From a bacterium (GTDB taxonomy: Bacteria; Margulisbacteria; Marinamargulisbacteria; SXXA01), in assembly GCA_010028705.1 (NCBI GenBank), contig RHAI01000018.1, forward strand, positions 1 to 28,611: a stretch of DNA of 28,611 nt, given 5' to 3'. Position 1 is the first letter of the stretch, and every line of letters starts with the position of its first letter. This document shows, one piece after another, positions 1 to 9,370 of this stretch. Position numbers and translations under genes: made by a program. Below the pieces are notes generated by a model, which searched no databases, was not told where the DNA came from, and saw only the letters and a list, made by a program, of their open reading frames with translations.

Positions 1-140
1 GGCTCCGTCCGGCTGTGCCGGTGGAGGGGGCGACGCTAGCCCCATACAATATGTTTAGCGACAAATGGAGCGAGAGGGGGTGGCTCCGTCCGGCTGTGCC
101 GGTGGAGGGGGCGACGCTAGCCCCATACAATATGTTTAGC
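1..140. repeat. Two exact 59-bp copies (1-59 and 82-140) of ggctccgtccggctgtgccggtggagggggcgacgctagccccatacaatatgtttagc with an 81-bp period; array may continue upstream of the window
   Basis: Direct reading of sequence: copies identical, separated by 22 bp (gacaaatggagcgagagggggt). Confidence 0.95.
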
Positions 141-258
141 CCGTCGCTTGGGTGGGAATTAACCGGTCGCAGTAAACGACTCCCAAACAATTGTTGATTT
201 TTCGTTGCCCTAATGATCGATCAATGCCTGTTTGGACGGTTGTAAAAGGGGGGGCGCT

Positions 259-1128
259 ATGATGCGTTTGGGGGGGATAGTGTGCGTTGTTTTGGTACTG
301 TTTTGTAGCCAGTCAGTGGCACAGTCCATGTTAACCCAATCGATGGTCAAATGGTCGGCAGTCGGTGTGGCAAGTGTGGCGGATTCAATTGGAGTAGAAG
401 CGATGGGAATCAATCCGGCAGGTATTGCGCAATCAAAGCGAACTGTATTGTCGGGATATTCGTCTCAATATCAAGATGCTTATTCTACTGCTATTTTAGG
501 GACTTCGTTCCAATTAACGCCCCAGTGTTCGATGGCGGCTGTTGCCGCGATCCGAAAAATTGATGGTATTCCAGAGACAATTGATCAGGGAGGCGATGCA
601 ACGTTGTTGGGGTCATTTTCCGATTCGGAGACCGTGGGTAAAGTGGGTATCGCATACGCTGTGTCTCCGCGAGTTGTAGTGGGCATGTCGGCCGGATTAG
701 CTCAGCAGTCGGTATTTAACGAAACCGCGTCACTTTATTCATTGGACGTTGGTGTGACCTACGATGCTGATTTTGCCCGAATTGGTGTGGGCGTACAAAA
801 CGTCACTCACTCCAAAAAGTTATGGTCCACTGGACGAAATGATGATCAGCCCATTCAGTGGAATGTGGGATTATCTACCGGTGTTGCGGCTGTCCGTGTG
901 TTGGGCTCAGTATCGTCTCAGGATAATGGTATGTCACTGAACGTTGGTGCCGTTTACCCTGTTTTAGAAAATTTGACGGTATTAGCGGGTATTCATGATA
1001 TATTCAAAAACTGGTCAACATCAGTTGGACTCGACTTACAACTTGAAGAGATTGGACTCATATACACCTTTGCACAGTCTGAAGTGCTGGGAGATACTCA
1101 TAAATTAGGGGTTGAGATTGGTCTTTAA
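259..1128 (+). CDS. PorV/PorQ-like (UPF0164-type) outer-membrane beta-barrel protein
   Basis: Signal peptide MMRLGGIVCVVLVLFCSQSVAQ, then N-terminal GVASVADSIGVEAMGINPAGIA motif and repeated amphipathic beta strands; ATG at 259 preceded by a G-rich SD-like run (ORF track starts at 232). Confidence 0.65.
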   Translation: MMRLGGIVCVVLVLFCSQSVAQSMLTQSMVKWSAVGVASVADSIGVEAMGINPAGIAQSKRTVLSGYSSQYQDAYSTAILGTSFQLTPQCSMAAVAAIRKIDGIPETIDQGGDATLLGSFSDSETVGKVGIAYAVSPRVVVGMSAGLAQQSVFNETASLYSLDVGVTYDADFARIGVGVQNVTHSKKLWSTGRNDDQPIQWNVGLSTGVAAVRVLGSVSSQDNGMSLNVGAVYPVLENLTVLAGIHDIFKNWSTSVGLDLQLEEIGLIYTFAQSEVLGDTHKLGVEIGL

Positions 1129-2761
1129 TTTGACAACTTCGGAAACGCCATACCTACCAATCGTGCGTTGTCGTGTTTTTATTTTAGTTATTTTATGGAA
1201 CCTCGCAATCATGGGATCTATTTTTGGTGTCGAGTCGAAAATGGTCGAATTTATACTGAAACGCCGAGCCAATAGCGCCGACATTACCTCAATGTCCACG
1301 GTACCAGTTGGAAAAATACTGACGTTTCCCAAACCGGGTATTTCAGTCGCTAGTATTGAAAGCGAGTTTGTTTCCGTAGAAATACCCGAGGAGCACGTTG
1401 ACCGATTTATTTCGGACTCCCAAGAAAATCCAAATATATTATCGATTGAGCCCAATTATCCGGTTGAAATATGTGATAGCGTGTCCGTACTAAATGATCC
1501 GTTAATATATGACCAAGCGTATCTGTTTCAGCCGGTAATTCAGCATGCGATGGAAATCGCCGTGACTCGAAATGTTACGGTGGCGATCGTTGATACCGGC
1601 GTCGATATTACTCATCCCGAACTTAAATCGAAGCTATCGACCAATGTGTATGAAAGCGTCGATGGTCGCGATAATGATGGGAATGGGTTCGTGGACGATA
1701 TTTATGGATATAGTTTTTATCGATTTTCTAAAGGGGGCGGTAGTGCCAATGTGTCTGATCTCAATGGCCATGGGACCCATCTGGCCGGAATTATTGCGGC
1801 CAGTTCCAATAACCGTAAATTTGGAACGGGTATTAATCCATCCGCTCGTATTTTGTCGGTTCCATTTTTAGATTCGACCGGTCGTGGCACTCAGTTCGAT
1901 GCCGCTGCGGCCATCAAATATGCTGTGGATCGTGGTGCGGAGGTGATTAATTGCAGTTGGGGCTATTACATCTATTCCGGCGTTCTCCAAGAGGCTATTG
2001 ATTACGCCTATGCCCATGGCGCAATAGTGTTAGGAGCCGCAGGCAACGATGGCGGGACTACGCCGGTATATCCGGCCAGTTTTGATCATGTGATTTCCAT
2101 CGGATCATGCGACTCATTGGGTAACCGATCGTCGTTTTCGAATATCAATGATGCCGTTGATTTTTTAGCTTTTGGCGACGGAATTAACAGTACGCAACCG
2201 GGTAATGGATTTGGCCGGATGTCGGGAACCTCTCAAAGTACGGCGATCGTTTCGGCCCTTGTATCTCGGATGCTAGGTGCGGTGCCGACTGGGTCCATGA
2301 CAATGGATGATATTGTTGCCACGATCAGACCCCAAGCATCCTCTCCGCATGTGTTTGACTGCTCGGCGTGGATCAGCAACTCCCATATTGTCACTCAAGA
2401 TATTCGGATATCCATGATTGATGCGATGGCGAGTAACGATTACAACACAACCTCCGATACGTTTCATACGGTGGCTCTGTCTAATGTCATGAGCTACCCG
2501 AATCCAGCGCGAACTACGTCGCTAACGTTTCGGTTTGATTCCACCGCAATTGGCGACGCGTTAATACGTATTTTTGACCTAAACGGTCGTCAAGTAAAGT
2601 CCTTATCGCAGGGTGTAGTTGGTGGCAAGAATACCGTGAATTGGAATTTGATCGGCGATAATGGACAGTTAGTTGGTAACGGCACCTATTTATATATCAT
2701 TCAATTGACTAGTAATGGCACCTCCACCCGGTTTCGGGGTAAATTGACGGTACTTCTGTAG
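1112..2761 (+). CDS. S8 family subtilisin-like serine protease with C-terminal FlgD-like/Por-secretion-tail-like domain
   Basis: Catalytic motifs [33 protein letters not shown]; C-terminus [14 protein letters not shown]...[14 protein letters not shown]...[13 protein letters not shown]...GKLTVLL. Start uncertain: 1112 is a TTG; GTG at 1163 would give a better signal peptide. Confidence 0.9.
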   Translation: MRLVFNLTTSETPYLPIVRCRVFILVILWNLAIMGSIFGVESKMVEFILKRRANSADITSMSTVPVGKILTFPKPGISVASIESEFVSVEIPEEHVDRFISDSQENPNILSIEPNYPVEICDSVSVLNDPLIYDQAYLFQPVIQHAMEIAVTRNVTVAIVDTGVDITHPELKSKLSTNVYESVDGRDNDGNGFVDDIYGYSFYRFSKGGGSANVSDLNGHGTHLAGIIAASSNNRKFGTGINPSARILSVPFLDSTGRGTQFDAAAAIKYAVDRGAEVINCSWGYYIYSGVLQEAIDYAYAHGAIVLGAAGNDGGTTPVYPASFDHVISIGSCDSLGNRSSFSNINDAVDFLAFGDGINSTQPGNGFGRMSGTSQSTAIVSALVSRMLGAVPTGSMTMDDIVATIRPQASSPHVFDCSAWISNSHIVTQDIRISMIDAMASNDYNTTSDTFHTVALSNVMSYPNPARTTSLTFRFDSTAIGDALIRIFDLNGRQVKSLSQGVVGGKNTVNWNLIGDNGQLVGNGTYLYIIQLTSNGTSTRFRGKLTVLL

Positions 2762-2778
2762 TCATTTACAGTGAAGTA

Positions 2779-3576
2779 ATGCTTCGACGTCGAATAATCC
2801 CTTGTTTAGATATTGCTTCTGGTCGAGTTGTTAAAGGGACAAACTTTGTTAACCTGCGTGACGCCGGGGATCCAGTTGAATTAGCTCAAATTTACAATGA
2901 TCAGGGAGCTGACGAATTGGTGTTTTTGGATATTACGGCGACCCATGAAAAACGAGATATTTTAGTCGATTTAGTGACACGGGTTGCGAAAGCTATTTTT
3001 ATTCCGTTTACGGTGGGCGGAGGCATCGGCGATTTGGAGACAATCAAACGCTTACTGGCAGCGGGGGCGGATAAAGTGTCAATTAATTCAGCGGCCGTTC
3101 GGCATCCAAAATTAGTCTGCGATGCCAGCCTAAAATATGGGGCTCAATGTATAGTGGGAGCTATTGATGCGAAGCGTATTGAGTCACGTGTCGGGTCGGA
3201 CACTGTCGCGTCAGAGATTCGAATTGATGCGACATCGACCTTCGAAATTTTTACCCATGGAGGCCGAACCCCCACTGGGATTGATGCGGTAAAATGGGCG
3301 AAAGAATTGGAGCGGTTGGGCGCCGGGGAATTATTGGTAACATCCATGGATTGTGACGGCACAAAGTCCGGTTACGATATTGAATTGACCGGTGCCATTT
3401 CATCGGCTGTGGGCATTCCCGTAATCGCTTCGGGGGGGGCGGGTACCCTTCAACACATCGCTGATGTGTTAAAAGTTTGTGACGCGGCCTTACTCGCCTC
3501 GATGCTCCATTTTAGGGAGACAACTGTCCCTGAAATAAAGGCAACATGTGCGCGACACAATTTGATTATGAGGTAG
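2779..3576 (+). CDS. hisF: Imidazole glycerol phosphate synthase cyclase subunit
   Basis: [59 protein letters not shown]-type motifs; 265 aa. Confidence 0.97.
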   Translation: MLRRRIIPCLDIASGRVVKGTNFVNLRDAGDPVELAQIYNDQGADELVFLDITATHEKRDILVDLVTRVAKAIFIPFTVGGGIGDLETIKRLLAAGADKVSINSAAVRHPKLVCDASLKYGAQCIVGAIDAKRIESRVGSDTVASEIRIDATSTFEIFTHGGRTPTGIDAVKWAKELERLGAGELLVTSMDCDGTKSGYDIELTGAISSAVGIPVIASGGAGTLQHIADVLKVCDAALLASMLHFRETTVPEIKATCARHNLIMR

Positions 3577-3788
3577 TCAATTGGTGTAGACCTAACATTA
3601 CGTTCCAGACCTGTGGCTAGAGAGAGAGGGCCCTGGTACGGGCACCCCAATTTTAAGAAATATAATTTGGTGTTGCTGACGACCCCAATTGCAGTGCTTA
3701 ATTTATAAAAAACCCCGGTCGTCTATATCCAAATCATCCAGGACCCATGTCACCAGGGTTTATTTGGGACCAGATAGTTTCCGAAGAT

Positions 3789-4442
3789 TTATTGTTTGTT
3801 TGGACTCGGAATGACGGTAGAGAAAGCAAAATTTGATCCGACAACAATCCGTCCTGGTTCAAGGGATATTTTTTTGACAAACGTTTTGATTTGGATTGGT
3901 TTAACCGTTTTATCCGGTAAATCGACGTCAAAATGATTTTGAAGGGGTTGCGGCCCTGGAAATTGGAATTGAGGCTTATAAAAGGTTGAAATGTCGACAT
4001 CAGTCACATGAATTTTATTTCCAAAAAGGTCGAGAGCCACTTCGAAACTCGCTTTTCTAATTTTTACCGAAATAATATTTTTCTGATTGTCATAAATAAC
4101 ATCTACATCACCTTTGGCAGTTGTGCCGTAATTCAACAGCCCCGAATGAATTTCGGCGTCAGCGGTAAATGACGATGCGTTTTTCACGATTCGGATGGTC
4201 GGATTTTTTACGGTCCACACATAATTAGACCGGCCATTATTGAATGACCCGCCACCAGATATCGGTCCAATGGCTTGTAGAAATTTATTAAGTGTCGATT
4301 CGTTGATTACAACTAGTGCGTCGTAGGTGGGTACTTGTTCGGCGGCAATACAGGGTGTCAATCCGATAGCCCATCCCAACATGCTACTCACTCCAGCAAC
4401 GAGACACCATTTAACACTACGACTACGATATTTACGTAACAT
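3789..4442 (-). CDS. Secreted/periplasmic protein of unknown function
   Basis: 217-aa ORF with N-terminal hydrophobic signal segment (WCLVAGVSSMLGWAIGLTPCIAA), no family recognised with certainty. Confidence 0.75.
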   Translation of the reverse strand: MLRKYRSRSVKWCLVAGVSSMLGWAIGLTPCIAAEQVPTYDALVVINESTLNKFLQAIGPISGGGSFNNGRSNYVWTVKNPTIRIVKNASSFTADAEIHSGLLNYGTTAKGDVDVIYDNQKNIISVKIRKASFEVALDLFGNKIHVTDVDISTFYKPQFQFPGPQPLQNHFDVDLPDKTVKPIQIKTFVKKISLEPGRIVVGSNFAFSTVIPSPNKQ

Positions 4443-4447
4443 CGGAA

Positions 4448-5821
4448 TTATTTGCCTAAGCTAAGTTTCGCTCGGCGGGCCGCGTTTCGTACCAATTCCG
4501 GTAGCGCCGGATGAATATAGATGGTACTCAACATGTCGTCGAGTGTGGCATTCATCTGTCGAAACGCAATAGGCATATGCATCATCGTTGCGGCTTGCGG
4601 GCCGATCGCGACGGCACTCACCAATTTTCGAGATGTTCGTTCAAAAATAAGCTTAATAAACCCGTAATCGGAGCGATATGCCATCCCCATTCCTGAGTCA
4701 ATATAGGGACATTTACCGACGACAAAATCGATTCCTTTGGTACGCAGTTCAGATTCGGATGGCCCGAAACCCGCAATTTGAGGGTAGGTGAAAATGGCGG
4801 ATGGAATCTCAGGGTAGGAAATGGGTATGTCTCGAGGCATCTCGTAGAGAGTATTGAACAGGTAGTCTCCCTCAAAGTTCGCTTTGTGTCGATAAAATGG
4901 AGCTCCGATTATATCGCCAAACGCCCAAATATTTGGAACAGACGTTGCCATGCGATCGTTTACCGTAATAAAGCCATCGTCGTCCACAGCGATACCTGCA
5001 GCCTCTACATTCAAAATATCGGTGTTCGGGATCATACCCGCCGCCACGAGCAGTTGATCAGTTTTGACAGTTCGCGGTGTGCCGTTGTGAATAATTTCAG
5101 TGTAAAACTGGTTGTCGTTGTAAGATACCGATTGAAAATCGCATTCCTCAATTAACTGGATTGTCTCTCTGAATCGAGGTAAAAATTCGTCACGAACATC
5201 CCCGTCGTAGTCCTTGAGTATGGCCGAACGTGAGAGAATAACCGTTCGAACTCCTGCACTGGCATAAAAATGCCCCAATTCCAGCGCAATAAATCCACCG
5301 CCGATGATTGTAATAGATCTCGGACGCTTCGTGCTTCGCAAGGCTTCTTTATGAGTTAGATACGGGGTCTCCGCTAATCCCGGTATCGTAGGGATACGAG
5401 CTCGTACACCGGCGGCGATAAATAGTCGTTTGCCAGTAATTTGGGTGCCATTGACTTCAATTGTAGTGGCGTTGATAAATCGGCCTGTGCCCGGAAAATA
5501 CGTGACATTGGGTGCATTCGTGTACCCAGTCGTAATGGCATTCGAATCATGGTCGACCGTCTCTGTCGTCCTCCGAACTAGAGCGGCCCAATCGATATCT
5601 GGCGGTGACCCTAATACGTTTGTTTTTCGTGCCTCTTCGACATCGCGGATAACATCGGCGGGGTGAATGAGCATTTTTGAAGGGATGCATCCGTGATTCA
5701 AACATGTTCCACCGGCGTTTCCATGTTCGACAACCGCTACATTTTGCCCTAAATTTGCAATAGGACGAATGAGTTTTGCTCCAGCACCGGTGCCAATTAC
5801 GATTACGTCAAATTCTGTCAT
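4448..5821 (-). CDS. FAD-dependent pyridine nucleotide-disulphide oxidoreductase, mycothione reductase-like
   Basis: GTGAGAK, GGTCLNHGCIPSK redox disulphide, IIGGGFIALE, WAFGDI, C-terminal IYIHPALPELV. Confidence 0.9.
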   Translation of the reverse strand: MTEFDVIVIGTGAGAKLIRPIANLGQNVAVVEHGNAGGTCLNHGCIPSKMLIHPADVIRDVEEARKTNVLGSPPDIDWAALVRRTTETVDHDSNAITTGYTNAPNVTYFPGTGRFINATTIEVNGTQITGKRLFIAAGVRARIPTIPGLAETPYLTHKEALRSTKRPRSITIIGGGFIALELGHFYASAGVRTVILSRSAILKDYDGDVRDEFLPRFRETIQLIEECDFQSVSYNDNQFYTEIIHNGTPRTVKTDQLLVAAGMIPNTDILNVEAAGIAVDDDGFITVNDRMATSVPNIWAFGDIIGAPFYRHKANFEGDYLFNTLYEMPRDIPISYPEIPSAIFTYPQIAGFGPSESELRTKGIDFVVGKCPYIDSGMGMAYRSDYGFIKLIFERTSRKLVSAVAIGPQAATMMHMPIAFRQMNATLDDMLSTIYIHPALPELVRNAARRAKLSLGK

Positions 5822-5919
5822 GAATTAGGGTTCCTCCAAAGTTCCGAAAGATCGTGTACAGACTGTCATAAAAAGTGATTTTAGCCAATTAACTAAATAT
5901 TAAGGAAAAATAACTACCT

Positions 5920-8295
5920 ATGGACTACAAACCGTTGGAATTTGAAGAAAAATGGTTGAATTATTGGGATGAAAGTGGTCTGAATCGTACTCTAAATTCA
6001 TCCGATCGACCCAATTATTACGTTTTGGAAATGTTTCCGTATCCGAGTGGTAGACTGCATATCGGGCACGTTCGAAACTACTCAATCGGCGATTGTATCG
6101 CTCGATTTATGAAAATGTCGGGATACAATGTTCTTCATCCGTCCGGTTTTGATGCATTTGGTCTACCGGCTGAAAATGCGGCCATAAAGCATCATATCAA
6201 TCCGGCTGAATGGACCTTGGAGAATGTCAATTTTATGATTGGCCAGCAGAAACGCCTCGGATTGGCCTATGACTGGAACCGCCTCGTAGTGACTTGCAAC
6301 GACGATTATTATCGCTGGAATCAATGGATTTTTTTGAAAATGTTTGATCGGGGGTTGGTGTACCGAAAAAAAGGATGGGTGAACTGGGATCCAGTTGACC
6401 ACACAGTTCTGGCAAATGAACAGGTCATTGATGGGCGAGGTTGGCGCTCCGGAGCCCTGGTCGAGAAGCGGGAAATTGAGCAGTGGTATTTGAAAATTAC
6501 GGATTATGCCGACGAGTTATTGTCGGGTTTGGATGAGCTCGATGGATGGCCAGAACGCGTCAAGACGATGCAGCGAAATTGGATCGGCAAATCGCTTGGT
6601 ACAGAAGTTGTATTTAAGTCAACCTTACCAGGGATTGAGGTTAATGTGTTTACAACGCGGCCAGATACCCTGTTTGGGGTAACCTATGTCGTGTTGGCAC
6701 CGGAGCATCCGCTCGTCTCGGAACTAGGGACGGATCCCGATGTCGTCCAGTATGTTCAGAAATCATTGGCAAAAAGTGCGATCGATCGAGCGGATATGAC
6801 CCAAATCAAAACGGGAGTGCCACTCGGAATATCTGTGATTAATCCGGTAAATAATGATGTTGTTCCGGTTTACGTTAGCGACTACGTTCTGATGGATTAT
6901 GGGACGGGAGCGGTTATGGCTGTGCCAGCTCATGACGACCGTGATTTTGAATTTGCTCAACGGTTCGGACTCCCGGTTCGGGTGGTGATTCAATCCCCAG
7001 ACGTGTGGGACGGAACCTCGGCGTATACAGGGACTGGTAAATTAATTGAATCGGGTAAATTTTCAGGATTGGAATCCGAAACAGCTAAAGAGCGAATTTC
7101 CCAATGGCTCGAGGAAAATAATGTCGGTAAATCGGTCGCAAAGTATCGGTTAAGAGATTGGCTCATATCCCGACAGCGATATTGGGGAACCCCCATCCCA
7201 ATGGCATATCGTTCCGATGGGACCCCTATCCCGGTGCCAATCGAACAACTCCCCGTCCGGCTGCCTCTCGATGTCCAGTTCGAAGGGAAAGGCAATCCTC
7301 TTGAACAGAGCCTGTCGTTCCGCCACGTCGAGATAAATGGCGAATTACTGAGTCGTGAAACGGATACGATGGACACATTTTTTGATTCCTCGTGGTATTT
7401 TCTTCGATACACCGATCCGTCAAACACGGATTCTCCGTTTGATAAACGCATGGCCGATTCGTGGTTGCCGATTGGGCAGTACATTGGTGGCATTGAACAT
7501 GCGGTGCTTCATCTCCTCTACGCACGGTTCTTTTCGAAAGTTCTCCGTGATTTAGGGTTGCATTCAGTGGGGGAGCCATTTAAAAATTTACTGTGCCAGG
7601 GAATGGTCATCAAAGATGGCGCCAAAATGTCGAAATCATTAGGGAACGTGGTAGATCCTTCAGATATCATTTCTAAATACGGCGCTGATACGGCGAGAGT
7701 ATTTATTTTGTTTGGAGCTCCGGTTGAGCGAGACCTGGATTGGTCGGATGCCGGTGTCGATGGCGCATTTCGATTTTTAAGTCGGGTCTTTCGTGTGGTA
7801 TCCGATGTTCAGGCGCATCACCCATCCAGTAGTCCAGAACTCGAGAAATTACTGCATAAAACGATAAAATCAGTAACGGAGGATATCCAGCGCTTCAGTT
7901 TTAATACAGCGATCAGTCGACTGATGGAATTGACTAATTTTACAGTCCAACATGGCATATCGTCGGATTCAGCTCGAATACTCACGGTATTGATTGCGCC
8001 ATTTGCACCATTTATGGCGGAAGAGTTATGGCAGCAACTGGGAGATAAAGGTAGTGTTCACACTCAGTCGTGGCCATCCTTCGATGTGTCAAAAACTATC
8101 GATGAGTCGGTGACTTTAGTCGTTCAAGTTAATGGAAAAGTCAGGGATAAAATCGAAGTGCCGCGAGGGATGAGCCAAGCGGATGCCGAAAAATTAGTGG
8201 CAGAATCCGATAGAATTCAGAAATTCGTGGACGGGCAATCCATCGTAAAAATAATTTTTGTTAAAGATAAAATATTAAATCTTGTCGTCAAATAG
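5920..8295 (+). CDS. leuS: Leucyl-tRNA synthetase
   Basis: MDYKPLEFEEKWLNYWDESG, GRLHIGHVRNYS (HIGH), TRPDTLFG editing domain, KMSKSLGN; 791 aa. Confidence 0.98.
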   Translation: MDYKPLEFEEKWLNYWDESGLNRTLNSSDRPNYYVLEMFPYPSGRLHIGHVRNYSIGDCIARFMKMSGYNVLHPSGFDAFGLPAENAAIKHHINPAEWTLENVNFMIGQQKRLGLAYDWNRLVVTCNDDYYRWNQWIFLKMFDRGLVYRKKGWVNWDPVDHTVLANEQVIDGRGWRSGALVEKREIEQWYLKITDYADELLSGLDELDGWPERVKTMQRNWIGKSLGTEVVFKSTLPGIEVNVFTTRPDTLFGVTYVVLAPEHPLVSELGTDPDVVQYVQKSLAKSAIDRADMTQIKTGVPLGISVINPVNNDVVPVYVSDYVLMDYGTGAVMAVPAHDDRDFEFAQRFGLPVRVVIQSPDVWDGTSAYTGTGKLIESGKFSGLESETAKERISQWLEENNVGKSVAKYRLRDWLISRQRYWGTPIPMAYRSDGTPIPVPIEQLPVRLPLDVQFEGKGNPLEQSLSFRHVEINGELLSRETDTMDTFFDSSWYFLRYTDPSNTDSPFDKRMADSWLPIGQYIGGIEHAVLHLLYARFFSKVLRDLGLHSVGEPFKNLLCQGMVIKDGAKMSKSLGNVVDPSDIISKYGADTARVFILFGAPVERDLDWSDAGVDGAFRFLSRVFRVVSDVQAHHPSSSPELEKLLHKTIKSVTEDIQRFSFNTAISRLMELTNFTVQHGISSDSARILTVLIAPFAPFMAEELWQQLGDKGSVHTQSWPSFDVSKTIDESVTLVVQVNGKVRDKIEVPRGMSQADAEKLVAESDRIQKFVDGQSIVKIIFVKDKILNLVVK

Positions 8296-8304
8296 CCAAC
8301 GGAC

Positions 8305-8337
8305 CTAACTGGCTTCCGTAAGTAGGAAGCCAGTTAG
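8305..8337. terminator. Perfect 13-bp inverted repeat hairpin between convergent leuS and the 8352-8987 gene; candidate bidirectional terminator
   Basis: CTAACTGGCTTCC-gtaagta-GGAAGCCAGTTAG; no classical U-tract, so terminator function is inferred. Confidence 0.65.
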
Positions 8338-8351
8338 ATTGATCGGTTAGA

Positions 8352-8987
8352 TCAACCCTGAAAGAAGTACGAGTGTACCGTAGACACTCCCTTCCAGTTT
8401 GCCGCGGGATGACCATTCTTGAGAATTAATAGCTCGTGATTAATCAACGCGATGCCGGTCCCAGATTCTGGAAATACATTAGGTTCCCAAACTCCAAATC
8501 TATCTGTATAACTCACCGCTAACGAGTCATTTTGATCCAATGCCGATAGATCTCCGGATAAAATACCCCTAACTTTAAATAATTCGAGGGCGAAATTTTG
8601 TATTCCCAGAAACGGCGAAAATTGGTCACGTGCCGCACGACGTTTGGAAGCATCGTCGAAATGACCGAGAGCCGTCGTTATTTTATCCCATGCATCGACG
8701 AGTTCCGAATCGCTGAAAGAAATATCTGTTTTAGACACTAAGGTCGTTTTTTCTTGATACTCTGTTACGAGGGATCTGATTCGTTGGCTTTCTGAAACGA
8801 TGCGACTGCCTGACTGAACCGGGGGTAAAACAACGGGCGGTGGATTTATCGGTGCGGAGAGTCGGGGGGATCGGGTGCCGCTTTCTGCAGAGCGATGGGG
8901 GGTTCCGTCATTGGCGGAAGTCCTTGAGGGAGAGGCTTGCCTAACGGGCGACGATTGAATGGGTAGCGAAGAAATTCCAGTAGTCAT
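8352..8987 (-). CDS. Hypothetical protein with Pro/Ser-rich N-terminal region
   Basis: 211-aa ORF; N-terminal low-complexity segment followed by a more ordered helical-looking region; no recognisable family. Confidence 0.65.
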   Translation of the reverse strand: MTTGISSLPIQSSPVRQASPSRTSANDGTPHRSAESGTRSPRLSAPINPPPVVLPPVQSGSRIVSESQRIRSLVTEYQEKTTLVSKTDISFSDSELVDAWDKITTALGHFDDASKRRAARDQFSPFLGIQNFALELFKVRGILSGDLSALDQNDSLAVSYTDRFGVWEPNVFPESGTGIALINHELLILKNGHPAANWKGVSTVHSYFFQG

Positions 8988-9370
8988 AGTAATTGTTCCT
9001 TAAATTATAGTAATGAGGGGTTTGGGATAATGAACGGTGTGATCGACAACAGGGGCCGATACACATTCGGTTAGAGCGATTTGGGGTGACGTTAGTAATC
9101 ATTTTTTTCTCCTTTTAATTTAGACTAGTTAGTCTATAGGTATTATCGTATTTTTAAGAAAAAAAATTTCATTTATTTTTTTCAAAGCCTCATAGTGTTG
9201 GATCAAATCGGTTTATTTGAACTTGAATCAATTTAAATATTACGTTTTATGACTATACAAAAATCACTTTTAAAAAAATTGAACCTATAATATCCTAGAT
9301 TTTCCATATCAATATATATAATCGATAGATTAAATAGTTTAATAATTCAACGACCTGGGAGTCAAACCGT

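Noticed and set aside
1-140. CRISPR array from the direct repeats
   Set aside because: Only two 59-bp copies with a 22-bp spacer that continues the same open frame; no cas genes nearby; repeat too long and period atypical.
7226-7579. Antisense ORFs inside leuS
   Set aside because: Overlap the strongly conserved leuS frame, have atypical residue composition and no SD; by-products of codon structure. The same reasoning applies to the other antisense ORFs within hisF, pyrB/pyrC', macB and rluB.
5920-8295. Shortened leuS with almost no insertion before KMSKS
   Set aside because: Many bacterial LeuRS lack or reduce the leucine-specific insertion, and the HIGH, editing and KMSKS motifs are intact, so this is normal variation.
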